Source: Octopus sinensis (taxonomy: Eukaryota). Taken from it: 64,000 bases of DNA. Below are positions 38,245 to 52,880 of the stretch, one piece after another. Position numbers and translations under genes: made by a program. The first letter of the stretch is position 1. Each line of letters starts with the position of its first letter. The stretch spans positions 179,676,001 to 179,740,000 of the forward strand of contig NC_042998.1 of the NCBI RefSeq assembly GCF_006345805.1, written 5' to 3'. Below the pieces are notes generated by a model that was not told where the DNA came from, searched no databases, and saw only the letters and a list, made by a program, of their open reading frames with translations.

Positions 38245-38689
38245 GTATGTCTGTCTGTCTGTCTATCTCCATATAGATGGTGTCTTCATTGGATCATGTT
38301 AGAGCGTTGTTATAATTTACATTGCGTATTTTGCTTTTTATTCCCGCTGTTCTCGCTGTTCTCAGTTCTATTACTAACAAGTTAGACTTTGCCTTTCATT
38401 CTTTCAAGATCGATACTTAAATATCACTGTTGTACTGGGTCGATTCTCTCCCCCACTTCTCCCCGCCCCTTTCTCTAAGGCAGAAATCGGCTGTGGTATA
38501 CCAAGTCTCAAAATGCCCGTATGCTGCGGTAGCGCCTCAACTATTCTATTGGGATTTGTTTACTTGCTTGTTTGCATGGGCAAGTTTCTTCTGCTATAGC
38601 TTCGGGTTGACCATAGCCTTGTGAGTGAATTTGGTAGACACAAACTGAAAGTCATCGTGTGTATATGTGTGTGTGTATTCATTTAATTC

Positions 38690-38900
38690 TTTAACGTGTT
38701 TCAGCCATTTGGGTGCACCTATGCAGGAACACTGCCTTTTAGGCGAACAAGTGAACCCCAAGATTTTTTAAAGCTTGGTGCTTATTCTATTGGTCTATTT
38801 TACCGAACCGCTAAGTTATGGGGTACATAAACACACCAAAACCGTTTGTCAAACACTGATAGGGGGGGGGCAAACACAGATTCAAAGACACACGCACACT

Positions 38901-38940
<40 letters not shown>

Positions 38941-39116
38941 CAACAGGCTTCCTTCAGTTTTCGTCTATCAAATCCTCTCACAAGGCTTTGGTCGGACCGA
39001 AGCTATGGTAGCTTCGGCCGAAGCAAAAAACTTGCCCAAGATACCACGCTGTGGGATTGAACCCAGAACCATGTGGTCTGGAAGCAAGCTTCTTACAACA
39101 CAGCTACGCTTGCGCC
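38690..39116 (-). mobile_element. SINE-B, diverged
   Basis: 'ccgaaccgctaagttatgggg', 'cacaaggctttggtcgg', 'gtgggattgaacccagaaccatgtgg'. Confidence 0.85.
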
Positions 39117-39129
39117 TGATAATAATAAT

Positions 39130-39346
39130 CCTTTCTAATGTAGGCAGGCACATGGTATGAAATTTTTTGGGAAGGGACAAGTCGATTACATCGACTCTAG
39201 TGTTCGACTGGTGCTTAATTTATTAACCCCGAAAGGATTGAAGGCAAAGTCGACCTCAGCTGAGTTTGAACTCAGAACGTAAAAACGAATGAAATACTGC
39301 TAAGCATGTTGCCCGGCTGCTAAGGATTCTGCAAGTACGCTGCCTT
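39130..39346 (-). mobile_element. SINE-A variant followed by (AAT)n
   Basis: 'ccccgaaaggattgaaggcaaagtcgacctc...tttgaactcagaacgt'. Confidence 0.85.
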
Positions 39347-39377
39347 AATAATAATAACGACAATAATAATAATAATA

Positions 39378-39409
<32 letters not shown>

Positions 39410-39816
39410 TGTGAAAACTAGATAAAGAAAAGAAAAGGGAGAAAGTTGAGAAGAGACGGCGCTTCAAATATTGTAGATATATTTCTTTACTAGTTATTTA
39501 CTCTAAGTAACATTTAGAAGATGTATAGCATGTTATAAAAATGCTTCAGATAGCATAAACCTCTGGAGTGGGGAGGGTATTTATCTTTATATCTATCTTA
39601 CATATAATTGATAGATATACAGAAATATATATTTGCGTCTAACTAGAGACGAGTATGTGAATATTCGCCTTATTTTGTATGTGAGGGTGTATGATAACCA
39701 GGATTTGTGTTCTAAAATATTTATCTGAATTTCTAAAATATTTGCCAATATAATGTGAAACAAAGCTAAATTGGATGATATTTTAAGGTTGCCAATAGAA
39801 GTAGACAGAAAAAGAC

Positions 39817-39867
<51 letters not shown>

Positions 39868-40633
39868 AACTAAAGGGAGTTATCTGCTAAGATGCGTTCC
39901 ATTCTAATGAAGGAACAAGACTACGCTGGTACACTTTGTAGTTAAAACTGCGTCGAAGCATACCTAAGACATATTCCCAACAAGATCAGGAATCAAATAT
40001 GTTGTATGGAGAAAAATTACATTTTTACAGCGAAACACAAAACCCAATGAAAAATAGCTGACATGTCTGAAGTGATAGATCGCTAAACGTAGTTTTGTTT
40101 TTATAAATTGCTCCTCATATTTTCTGATATATTATTTACAGCAACGAGATGGGTTAATAAGTAAATTATTGAAGTTAATTATTTTAATTAATTTAAAGTT
40201 AATTAAAAAGATTACCAATCCCATGGTAAATGATTTTAAAAATATGATTTGATCATTTTTTTCCTTCTTTTCTAAAATGGTTGACAGTTGAACAATAAAC
40301 ATTACTAAAATAAGAGAATTTCTTAGACGGTTGGTAGCTCATCTCTAGAGAACCATCACTTTGAGGATTTTTCTTGGGGTGGCCATGCATTTAATTATAG
40401 ATGTCACAAGCGCCGGCGATATTCAATTAATTACTCTTCTTATTTCTCGAAATCTAACACAAGATGGCGCTTTTCGTCTCACTTTAAATGTCTTATTTTG
40501 GGAATAACCATTTCCCAGATGTCTCATTTCAGTTAAAGACATCAGAACGATTGTGAAAGTACACGAGTTACCAACTGGCGAATGGCAAGCAAACAAAAAT
40601 TTAAAAAAACATACAAAAATACGAATAAAACAC

Positions 40634-40698
<65 letters not shown>

Positions 40699-41189
40699 AT
40701 ATACATACATATACACACGATACACATTTTATGCAGACTCATATGACTGAAAGGAACGGATACACAGAATTAGGGAAACAACAAGAAGTAATGCCATGAG
40801 TGTGTATGCATACATAGGTATATATGAGCACACGTGTGTGTGTGTGTGTGTGTGTGGTGTGTGGTGTGTGTTTGTGGGGTGTGTTGCATTCATATATTCT
40901 TGTATTGTGTATGGACAGAAAACACACAACACAACACAATATATATATAATATATATATATAGAATATATATATATTATATATATATATATATATATGAG
41001 CAGGCATTCACAAAGGCACACCTTAAGTTAAATTCATGTGGAGATGAGTGAACACAGGGTAATGAGAGAGAGAAAGAGAGACAGAGAGAGACAGAGAGAG
41101 AGAGAGACGGAGAGAGAGAGAGAGAAATGGATAGGGGTAAAAATAACACATACACACGCAGAGAGAAAAGTATATATATATATATATAT

Positions 41190-41190
<1 letters not shown>

Positions 41191-41256
<66 letters not shown>

Positions 41257-41364
41257 ACATTCACAGTCAAGCAAGTTATTGAAATGGGATAAAGAAGCAA
41301 AGAAAGAGGGAAATGTAGACATACATGCATACATATTGACAGATAGATAAATAGACAGACAGGC

Positions 41365-41442
<78 letters not shown>
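41191..41442. repeat. Two (GATA)n tracts
   Basis: Directly visible. Confidence 0.95.
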
Positions 41443-41443
<1 letters not shown>

Positions 41444-42208
41444 AAAGTTGAAGACTATAAAAGAAAAGTAACTATAAAATTGGGATAAAACATTCGCGCC
41501 TCTAACACGGCCAAGTCTGACATATTTGTCATTATATGTCAGCTTAGGGCTTGACTATTCTAAATATTTTATTATTTTTTCCTCACTCCTCTAATTACAG
41601 TCTGTGCAAACTAATTACTATGTATTCCTTTTGGCCATAAAGATCTCAGAGAGGGATAAAGGATAGAGAAAGTAGGGAGTGGTAGCAAGGGATGCGATGA
41701 GAGAAAATGTTCAGAGGTGGGAAAAAGCGGGGAAAAATCGGTAGGAAGAGTGATAAAGGAAAAAAAAAATTGAAGGAGAGGGCTTGGGGAGGTTAAGATT
41801 AAACAGAAACTCACAGTGAGAGGGGGAGGGGGAATGATAGAAAGAAAGTGAGGAATGAATGAGAGGGAGAAGGCGAAGGCGAGAGAGAGAGAGAGGTGGA
41901 CAATCAAAAAACACAGAAAAGAGAACCGTTGGTAGATGAAGGAGAGTTCAATCTAAAGGATAAATGTAAAACAATAAAAATTGTGTGTTGGCAAAAAGGA
42001 AGATGAGACATAATGTATATGTGTGTGTGTGTATGCCTATACACACACACATATATATGTGTGCATATACCTACATGCAAACGCATATACCTATATATAT
42101 ATATATATATAGATATATATATCTATTTATATATACACACGTATACATACATAATACATACATTATTATATATATATATATATAATGTGGTGTGTGTGTG
42201 TATATATA

Positions 42209-42251
<43 letters not shown>

Positions 42252-42362
42252 GTATGCAGAATCACAATACACGGACGCACAAAATATACACACACATACG
42301 GCGGTGCATACGGTGCATCAGCATGGCCGCAGCTCTGAGCTGAAACTAAAAAAAAAAACACA

Positions 42363-42420
<58 letters not shown>

Positions 42421-42723
42421 AGTTAATCCGGGTAGTAAAAATCGCCGTGTAGTGAACATTGTAAGACGCGGAAGGACAAAGTTTCGATCTTGTCAGACGC
42501 AATGGTAACATGCCAAGCAGAGTTCGCATTATATTAGCTGAAGGTAGTAGGGGAAAGTGGTTAATGAAAATCAGGGCTAGAGAACACAATAAAATTATGT
42601 TGTGCCTGGAAATACAAGGGGTTAGAAAGACGATGAATAACTTGGCTTTCTTTAATACTGAATCAGTCTTTTTATTGCCGCTGTCGCTATTATTTTTTTC
42701 TTGATATTTGTATATCATACAGG

Positions 42724-43066
42724 GGGCAGGCATGGAGGTATGATTAAGTTGAATTTACAACCACATGGTTTCTGGTTCAATCCCACTACGCGCCACCAAA
42801 GGTCAAACGTTCTCTACTCCAGCTCCAGGTTGGTCAATGCCATATATATATGTGTATGCCGTATATATGTGTATGTGCAACTGTTTGTTCCCCATCACCA
42901 CCTCCACAGCTTCACAACTGGTATTAGTTTATTTCCGTAACCTAGCGGTTCGGTAAAAGAAAAACTAGTAGAAAAGTATCAAACTTTACAAATACTGGGG
43001 TGGGGATTTGTTAGATTAAATCTGTCAAGGCTGCAGTCCAATGACTGAAACAAGTTAAAGATAAAA
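42724..43066 (+). mobile_element. SINE-B, old diverged copy
   Basis: 'caaccacatggtttctggttcaatcccact', 'ccgtaacctagcggttcgg', 'tgactgaaacaagttaaag'. Confidence 0.75.
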
Positions 43067-43088
43067 ATTGGCACGTTTGTTTTTCGAA

Positions 43089-43297
43089 TACTCTTTTACT
43101 TGTTTCAGTCATTTGACTGTGGCCATGCTGGAGCACCGCTTTTAGTCGAGCAAATCGACCCCAGGGATTATTCTTTGTAAGCCTAGTACTTATTCTATCG
43201 GTCTCTTTTGCTGAACCGCTAAGTTACGGGGACATAAACACACCAGCATCGGTTGTCAAACGATGTTGGGGGGACAAACACAGGCACACAAATGTAT

Positions 43298-43343
<46 letters not shown>

Positions 43344-43477
43344 GACGGGCTTCTTTCAGTTTCCATCTACCAAATCCACTCACAAGGCTTTGGTCGGCCC
43401 GAGGCTATAGTAGAAGACTGAACCCGGAACCATGTGGTTCGTAAGCAAGCTACTTACCACACAGCCACTCCTACGCT
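43089..43477 (-). mobile_element. SINE-B, young, with short internal deletion
   Basis: Near-identical to 6787-7210 and 52881-53320. Confidence 0.92.
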
Positions 43478-43742
43478 TATATGCAGCTTTTTCACATAAA
43501 AAAAAGCTCTATACGTAAAGTAGGGGTCGACATAGCGACACAGTTTCAATTCTATGTTGTTAGGCAGGTTCAATTGGTTTAAACATTGAATAAAGGATTT
43601 CTAACAAAGGCATGAACATTCACTTATTGTCTCGTTCACTAATTTTGCTTCAAATGTATAAAACTTTTCGTCTGGTAAAATGGCAGAAACAAATATTAAT
43701 TTTTAACAGAGATGCGTACGATATAAATAAATTCAGATGTAG

Positions 43743-43976
43743 AAGGCAGCGAGCTGGCAGAAACGTTTGCACGCCGGGCGAAATGCGTAGCCGTATTTCG
43801 TCTGCCGTTACGTTTTGAGTTCAAATTCCGCCGAGGTCGACTTTGCCATTCATTCTTTCGGGGTCGATTAAATAAGTACCAGTTACGCACTGGGGTCGAT
43901 GTAATCGATTTAATCCATTTGTCTGTCCTTGTTTGTCCTCTCTGTGTTTGGCCCCTTGTGGGTAGTAAAGAAATAG
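43743..43976 (+). mobile_element. SINE-A, full-length monomer with about 23-bp TSD
   Basis: gatataaataaattcagatgtag (43720-43742) / gatataaataaattcaaatgcag (43976-43998), 2 mismatches. Confidence 0.93.
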
Positions 43977-44808
43977 ATATAAATAAATTCAAATGCAGTG
44001 ATAAGACGTCGACGTGATTTCGAAATATCTTGTTGGAACCATTTCACTTCTTTTTATCCGTCAAAACAATTGAGAAAATGCATGAGTATCGCACTTGATA
44101 AACTCTGTCCTAAAACGCAACGTGTCCAGCTTGTGTGCATGTCCTGGCACAGATGTGGCGATATGGTTGGAAAGTTCGTTTTGCACTTTTAGAGTTTCCA
44201 GATGCAGCAACACTGTGCGGTGCCTTGGAGAAGTGATTTATTTCTAACACAGTTTTGATTAGTCTTTTAGATACAATTTCTATTCCATGTTATTCGTACT
44301 GAACTCATGAAGCTGTTATTAAGCCACCAGATTTTGTGGTTGCTCGGCGATTAATTCAACCAAACATCAAACATGATATCTGCTAAAGGGACTCAACTTA
44401 TATTATGATATCAGGTAGGTGATATGCTGCTGAATGACGTTCACATAAAATTCTAAATTAATTGAAATTTGCCTTTTAGCATGAGAAATAACAGAAGCAT
44501 TTGTTAGCTACTTTCAAGTTGAAGAAACGCAGGGGGCGATTTCAGGAAATTAATAATTAATTTTACAGAAAATTGAATTTTCATGTTTAGAGGTAACAGC
44601 TGATATTTGTTAGTTACAAATAAAAGCTTAATAACACTAGTTTTTAAACATCACAATGCAACTATCTATATATCTTTATGCAAAACATTTGATTTGTACC
44701 GATTTAAAGACTCTCTTTTGCTATCCCACTCAGGATTTTTATAATTCAATGATTCGCCTGTTGGAAACCTGAAACCAACGTCGTTATTATTCACCAATTG
44801 GTATTTAC

Positions 44809-44861
<53 letters not shown>

Positions 44862-44899
44862 GTTACCACTTTAACTCTCCGCAAAAAAATCCCAAATCT

Positions 44900-45155
44900 T
44901 ATTTAATTTGCTTTGCGGGAAGGACTGTTTTAATGAAGTCGCGTCTTGTCCCTACATCGAAACGCGGAGTAGATAAAACAGGGGACAACAGATGAAGGGA
45001 ATGTTCTCTATTTGTTTTTTTCCTTGTTCGAAAAAAAGCTCGTTTTCCATACTTTTGTTTTTAATGTTCTCGTTTCTCATTTTGTCCACGTTTTTTGACG
45101 TCCTATGCCCATGTATGCATGTATATATACATATATATGTAGGCATGTACATATG
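44900..45155 (+). mobile_element. (TA)n-associated dispersed repeat (Penelope-like by inference)
   Basis: Homologous to 16320-16480; contains 'catcgaaacgcggagta' and 'cagatgaaggg'; runs into (TA)n. Confidence 0.6.
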
Positions 45156-45235
45156 TACATGTATGTGTGTATATATGCATATATATATATTATTATATTA
45201 TATTATATTATATATATATATATTGAAGAGAGAGC

Positions 45236-45286
<51 letters not shown>

Positions 45287-46477
45287 TATATATAATATCC
45301 CTCTCTCTTCAATATTGTCTCATTTTGGGGCAGTGAATAGGCCAAGTAGTCACCTTTTAGGACAGTGAAGATGTCCATGACAGAAGCGCTTGATTAAACT
45401 GCATTAAAAAGTGACTTTCCTCTAATCTCCGGCTTCAAATTCTGCAATGGTCCAGTTTATATTACGTTCGTCCATTCATCTTGCTTTGAATGAACGGGCA
45501 GCTGACTTAATATGAAATCACATTTTTTTTCCTGAATTATTTACATGATATGCAGGGCGAATGAATTTGAACCGCAGTGTATTTCTGGTATTTATTTTTT
45601 TGCCGATTACAAACAGAAGTAAAGCAAGGTTTGATATAAGGCACGATAGAAAATTTATTGAAGAGACATTGACACAGCAAACAAGATACAATAACATGGT
45701 ATTTTTCATGTCCCGCTTAACAATCATCTTTCTCTATTTAAACGGAAGTAGTAAAGTAGTGGTGAGTAAGGAGGCGAGATCTTGGCGCTAGTATCCCCCT
45801 CCTCTCTCTTTCTGTGTTACTCTCTTTCTACTGGTATGTTCTGTCTCTTTCCAAAGTGAAATTTTCAGCTTGAAATGAAGACCATTACGAAACATTATTT
45901 TTCTTCTTAAACTGTAAATCAATGTTTGTTTTCATAATCACAATCAAACAATAGATTGCTCACGGCTGTTTCCGTTGTCATCCACAGTCAAGCAAAGTAG
46001 CAAATGAAACATGCATTATCACATCACAACAGAAAAACAAGAGGCGATAAAGTATTCTGTACACATGAAAACCATTAGCGTTTAACCTCAGCATTAATTA
46101 CTTCAGCTGATAATAATTAGTGTGAAAGAGGAGTTAAACTGGAAAATAGGCTTTCCTTCTTTCACCAGATGTGACGAGGAAATTTTCCTTTTAAACTCCT
46201 GATAATAGCCAAATTATTTCGACGAGTAAAAAGTACAACTAATGCGATTATAGAGCATTTCAATTTTTTCCATATTGATTTGTTTCTGGTTAAAAAAAAT
46301 AACATCCCACATTTTTAGGAGAGAGAAGGGAAATGTTATATTGACACATCCAGGGTTTAGCCCAAAGCATTAAGGGTATAAAATGAAGTGAAGTAACAAT
46401 AACCAGGAATGAATGCCAGACCTTGCTGATCAAAATTTACCTTTTATTCAGATTATCGCAACACTGCAGCTATACGT

Positions 46478-46710
46478 GTTTCTTTACTGCCCACAAGGGG
46501 CTACACACAGAGGGGACAAACAAGGACAAACAAACGGATTAAGTCGATTATATCGACCCCAGTGCATAACTGGTACTTATTTAATCGACTCCGAAAGGAT
46601 GAAAGGCAAAGTCGACCTCGGCGGAATTTGAACTCAGAACGTAGCGGCAGACGAAATACCGCTTAGCATTTCGCCCGGCGTGCTAACGATTCTGCCAGCT
46701 CGCCGCCTTA
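46478..46710 (-). mobile_element. SINE-A, full-length monomer
   Basis: From tail 'tttctttactgcccacaagggg' to head 'ccagctcgccgcctt'. Confidence 0.93.
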
Positions 46711-47290
46711 AGAATGTGATAGGCTCCACAGCATTCAGTATATTTTCCTTGCACCTGATCAATAAGGTTTAATTGCGATCGTCACTCACCTATTCATCTC
46801 ACTTAGGCCGGGTCATGAACGCCTCACATTCTCCATTTTATTATCTCTCTTTAAGAAAGTTAATATTTGATAACGAGTATATTGTGAGAACGGGAAGAAT
46901 ATGAAAAGGAATTATGAACTCTCTGTCAAGAAAGAGGAAGTGCCCGAGACAAAAGTGAAAAATAGTGAGGTAATATCCATGACTGGCCCGCCAAAAGCTT
47001 ACCGACAATCTGTGTCGTTCCTACTCTGTGTGCGTGTGTGTGTGTGTTACAGGTTTATTCATGAAACGTAAAGACGGTAATTGCGGATATGACTGTGATA
47101 CAACAATAACATCTGGTGTGTGCCCCTTCCTATCAGTCGAATCAGTACTAACTAACGTCTGCATTTGGAGATGGTTCTGTGTGTGTATGTGTTTCTCTGT
47201 ATGTTTCTGTGGTATGAAGCTATGGATATAGAAACTAAGCATGCACAATTACATGTATGGACATTAGTATGTTTGTGTGTGTATATGCGC

Positions 47291-47332
<42 letters not shown>

Positions 47333-47804
47333 AGAAGAGAGCAAGCGAGGAATGGAGAGAGAGAGAGAGGAGAGAGAGAGGGGGTGTATGTTGATAGGTA
47401 CAGACACATGCGTATATATTTATCTACCTCGTAGCAGGTGCGTACAACGGGGTCAGCATACCTTTTTTCCGGGTGAGATAGAAATTATAAGATTAAAAGG
47501 CTTGAGGATGGAGATGATAGGGAGAGAGAAATGGAAAGTGTATGTGAGTGAGTGAGTGAGTGAGAGAGAGAATGAGTGAGTGTATAAGAGGGGGAAATGA
47601 TTAGGAAGGAAAATACTATTAAATAAACGAAGTAATAACACGAGAAAAGAAAAAAAGTCCTCAAGAAGTTGGATGGAGGTAAACGAGGAAGAATATATTT
47701 GTAAATAAGGGTGAACGAAGTGCAAACTGGCCCCTGAATAAATATTCACTCAGTGTTATTATTTTTGTCATACTTGTTAATGTCGTTGTTGTTGTTGTTA
47801 CTAT

Positions 47805-48094
47805 TTTTAGATGTCACTTAGTTGGGAGTTACAAGAAGAAATAAAAGCAAGGGAACGAAATTACTTGAATATTTCTCAACTGAATCCTGGGTCAGCTTTG
47901 TCTTTCATCCTTTTCGGGGGTCGATGATGAAGAAGAAGAAGAAGAAGAAGAAGAAGAAGAAGAAGAAGAAGGAGGAGGAGGAGGAGGAGGACGAGGAGAA
48001 GAAGAAGGAGAAGAAGAAGGAGAAGAAGAAGAAGGAGAAGAAGAAGAAGAGGAAGGAGAAGAAGAAGAAGAAGAAGAAGAAGAAGAAGGAGAAT

Positions 48095-48125
<31 letters not shown>

Positions 48126-48610
48126 GGAGAAGAGGAAGAAGAAGAAGAGGAAGAAGAAGGAGGAGCAGAAGAAGAAGAAGAAGAAGAAGAAGAAGAAAGC
48201 AATACTCAAGTACTGGGGGTCGATATAATCGACTAACCCCCTCCACCCACCAAATTTTAGGTCTTGTGTTTATGCTGCAAAACCATTTTTAAATGTCACA
48301 TATAAGGAGGAATAAAAACAAAATCATAGAAAGAAAACCAAAATTACTTGAGTATTTTTTAACTGAATCCTAGGTCAATTTTCCCTTTCATCCTCATGGA
48401 GGTTGAAGAAGGAAAAAAATGATAAAAGAAAAGAGAAAAGGGAGGAGAAAAAAGAGAGAGAAAAAGAAGACCAGTCAAGTACTGGGCTTGATACAATCGA
48501 CCAACCATCGCCAGCCTACGATATATGTGGTCTTTAGCCAATGTTATAAATCACCATATTTAAATGTCACTTAGTCGGAAATAAAAAGGAGAAATTAAAA
48601 GAAAGGGAAA
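47805..48610 (+). repeat. Old tandem duplication containing a SINE-A body, with a large (GAA/GAG)n expansion in copy 1
   Basis: 'ttta(g/a)atgtcac' at about 47807, 48288 and 48559; 'aaattacttga...aactgaatcct' twice; purine tract 47928-48199. Confidence 0.8.
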
Positions 48611-49893
48611 ACAGGAACTCAAGCGGTTGAAACTTTAAATAGTTCCTACAAGATTAGAAAATATCTTTGTCGATATTTTTCTCAACTGCATCTTTAAATT
48701 ACAAGGCGCTCACCATTTTTTCCCGGTCTGCACACATTATTAAACGCCATGAAATCAATACTGAGCATTATGAATTTATTAGCAAACGCTGGAGTACATT
48801 CACAATGCAGTAAAACCGAACCCGTGCATTTCTCAAATCAAGCCGAGATCCATTAGACTCTTTCCTCATTGATTCTTGCACAACAAAGGTGTTATTTAGC
48901 CCTGGGTTGATGGTGGATAAACAGACCTATTATCAAAGCCATGCTACTTGTGACCACATAACTTTTTTTTCGTTTTGTTGTTCTTGGTGTATATCTTGAA
49001 TTACATTATGTTCCCTCTCTTTTTTTCTTTGAGATGATAAGATATCTGATTGGAGTGAGATTTTGGCTTCAGTTTCAATAGTGTTAATATTGATTAAATA
49101 ATGTTACTAATGTTTAATAATAGAAAAAAAGAAGTGGTGGGTACCTTGTAACTTAAAGAAGCAGCTGAGAAGTTATCGACAAAGATATTTTTGAATCTTA
49201 TAGAAACTATTAAAAATTTCAGGTACTTCAGTTAGCTTCTCCCTCCATCCCTCCCTACCTCCCTCCTCTCTCTCTCTCTCACACACACTAATTCACTATT
49301 TCAAACAGTTCACACACACAATATTTTGGATACTTTTCCTCCTCATGATTTTCCTTGGTATTGTCAGATTTTTCATTCCCAGTTCTATTAATACTTTCTA
49401 TATAAATCGAATGTAACACGCCACTTTCAAGGTATTGATATTTCTAGAAGGCATGAGCTATTGTAATATATATATATATGCAGAGCTATATTACAACACA
49501 ACTATCCATTAAATATACATACGCACACACACATTTTATTAGCACTATAGTCCTTGACAAGGTTTATGCAGCTATTGAAATTACAGCCATACAACGAACC
49601 ACCGAGCTGAATGCTGAAATTCCTTTATGGTAAACTTTGCCTTTCGCCCTTTCAAAGTCGATAAGTAAAGTTCCAATCCAATTCTGGAGTCGACAGCTTT
49701 TCTCCTTTTTCATCATCATCATCATCATCTTCTTCTTCTTCTTCTCTCCAGAAGTAAGCGGCTGAAGAGATGTACTTTAGCAGAGATGTACTTTAGAGAT
49801 ATACTTTAGCAGATTTTTATGTTGGATCACAGCAGTGCCTGTAGCCAGCGATAAGGTTAAAGAGAGGTGACGAGTGTGTGTGTGTGTGTGTGT

Positions 49894-49925
<32 letters not shown>

Positions 49926-50018
49926 ATAAGATCTCAATACATGTTTTAGTACAAGCATTTATTCATTCAGAGCATGTATGCATGTACACATGAATATGTG
50001 CGCATATATATGTATATA

Positions 50019-50060
<42 letters not shown>

Positions 50061-50255
50061 ATGCGTGCATACTTATAGATATACGTACATACAGTGCGTG
50101 TGTGTGAAGTATAACGTAACAATATAGAACCAATCAATTCAACCACGGATCGATATTCCAAGTATTTGCGAAATCCAATAATAAATCAATGATATTTTCA
50201 ATGAAGTTGTGTTATGACTCAGCCCCAGCTTTCAGTGTTTTGTTTTGTTTTTCTA

Positions 50256-50289
<34 letters not shown>

Positions 50290-50439
50290 GTATTTATCGT
50301 GTGCAGAGTGAATCACTACATTAACCAATGTTAGTCCCTACTTAAGTACGTGTTTTTCGTGCAGAAGGCGATTCCGGGAGACTTTTATTGCGTTGTTATT
50401 TTTATTCAGTAAATAGTGCTTTTTTCACAATGGTGCTCA

Positions 50440-50799
50440 GTGGGCAGTGTGCGACGATGCTGGGACACTGCTTTGAAGGGTTTGAGTCGATCAAATCAGC
50501 ACCAGTACTTTTGTTTTGTCGACAGGGATGTAAGCAAACCATCACCGGTTGTCAGTGGTGTTGGAGAGGGCAGTCACAAACACTTATATGCATATATATA
50601 CATTTATACATATATATACATTTATACATATATATACATTTATACATATATATACATATATATACATGTATATATATACATACATATATATACGTACACA
50701 AACACACACACACACACACACATATATAATATATATATATATATTAAAAATGTGTGTGTTTATGCGCATGCCTGACCGCGCGCGCATGCACACACACAC

Positions 50800-50832
<33 letters not shown>

Positions 50833-50990
50833 TTTTCCGTGTTTCAGTCATTAGACTGCAGTCATATGCGCGTGTAATTTCTGTCTTTCAAATTCACTCA
50901 TAACTTATTGGTGGCCCGGGGCAACAGTGGAAGGCACTTGTGCAATTTCCCACGCAGGTAGGGCTGAACCTGAAAACACGTGATGTGGAT
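50440..50990 (-). mobile_element. Old fragmented SINE-B sequence with expanded microsatellites
   Basis: 'gctgggacactgctttgaaggg', 'ccatcaccggttgtcag', 'aaattcactcata...cccggggc...cacttg...gggctgaacc'. Confidence 0.6.
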
Positions 50991-51677
50991 ATGCTGAACG
51001 AAAGACGGTAGTGTCATGGTTGGAATATATTTGACCATAACTCCGTACGATTAAAGTCAACCTGGGGTTAAGCAACAACTTGCGACTGGGTTAGCACATA
51101 CTGAGAGATACAGTAAACGGTCGTCTGAGCCAGGGCTTGATCTAATGCTAGTATTTTCTTAATTACTAACCGTAAGAAATATAAGTATATGCCTGTAGTA
51201 GTGAGTGGAAGAGGCATTTGCTAGAGGTTTGCCTTCTTAAATAATCGGGAGAAGTAGTAGAAAACGAAGTAGAAGAAGAAGAAGAAGAAGAATTAGAAGA
51301 AGAAGAAATAAAAGAGGTTTATCACAATGACATGGCAGCGCTTGATATAGTCTCGTCATCTCTCTGTCATTTGAAAGTATCCAGTGAAAAGTATGGCTTC
51401 GAGGATATTCGAGAACGAAACGGACGGTTTGTAGATAACAAATCAAAAGGAAGCTGTCAAGAGGGTGAATGCGGTGTGTGGGTGGGGGTTGGTGGAAAAT
51501 CTGGCTTTGAAATTTACTTCATTTAACAATGGAACTTCGTTTGGTCAGAGTTGGACGTGTGAATAAGTATGTTTGCTCTGGTACACATATACGTATACTC
51601 AATTCATCTACTACTCGCCCTCGTATACAGACACTTATACACATATAATGCATTCTCTCACTCTCTCTCTCTCTCGT

Positions 51678-51733
<56 letters not shown>

Positions 51734-51868
51734 TTCTTTCATTTGCCCTCTTTCATTCGCACATAAAATCAGATGTACTTGTATAGTTCTTTTAGTGACT
51801 GAAATAGTTCGTGTATGTGTGTGTACTTTCGTTAAGCACTCTTTTGTGTGAGTGAGTGATTAAGAGTG

Positions 51869-51902
<34 letters not shown>

Positions 51903-52399
51903 GTGGGGGTGAGAGGAAAAGCGACAGAGATTGGGTGCGTGTATGCGTGTACGTTTAAATAAACGCATTTATCCTTTTGCAGCTGCGAGCAAACACACAT
52001 TGACATGTAGAAATACGTGTATTTATATATGCATAAGTGTTTTCTTCTAAGTAGAGAGAGAGAGAATGGGGGAAGAGTGTATGTGTTATGAAGGAAAAAA
52101 GAGAAAGGGTGAAAGAGTTGATTGATAGAGAGAAGTGTCTGTATATATATATATATGTATTTGTTCGTCTACGCGTGCGTATATCTACAGCTTCCAAGTG
52201 TAATGGTTTTTTTCTGCAGGAGACGTATACGTTTAGTGTATAATAGGTGACGGTTGATGGGGGGACAGCGCTGGTACAACACTGACCCCGGATAAACAAC
52301 AAACAAAGAAGGAAGGAAGGAAGGAATAAAGTTTGGCGTAGGGAGAGAAATGGAGGTGATGTGATTTAATAATAATAATAATAATAAAAAAATAAAAAA

Positions 52400-52451
<52 letters not shown>

Positions 52452-52880
52452 AGCAAAATAAAGACAGAGAAATGTAGAAAATGGGTCAAGTGAAGAAAAC
52501 GAAGACAGCAAGTGAAAGAAGAAAGAAAGATGAGAGAAAGCCTGAGTAGGAAGAGGAGATGAAAGGCTGCGGAAGAGGAGGAGGTTGGGGGGAAAAGAAG
52601 AAAGAAGAAATTAAGAAAGATGAAAGGGGAGAGATAAATGAAGACCAGTATATAAAAAAGGAAGGTGCTGTGTGAGGGAAGAGTAAAGAATAAATAAAAA
52701 GAAAGAGGAGTCAAAGAGGTGGATTTGAAAGTAAAAAAAAAAAAATGAGATGAGGATATATATTAAAGGGGAAGATAAAACTATATAATTGATAAAGAAG
52801 GGGTTTTTTGGTAGCGAATAAACTGTAAGTGGAAATAATGGTTTCGATATTGGTTTCGAACTCTGGAGCGAGTTCAGCTT

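Noticed and set aside
47822-48292. Lys/Arg-rich protamine-like ORF
   Set aside because: It is a (GAA)n expansion inside a SINE body.
52255-52275. REST/NRSE-like 'ggacagcgc' and nearby 'ttttctgcag' splice acceptor
   Set aside because: Half-site only; no convincing exon with an open frame and donor follows.
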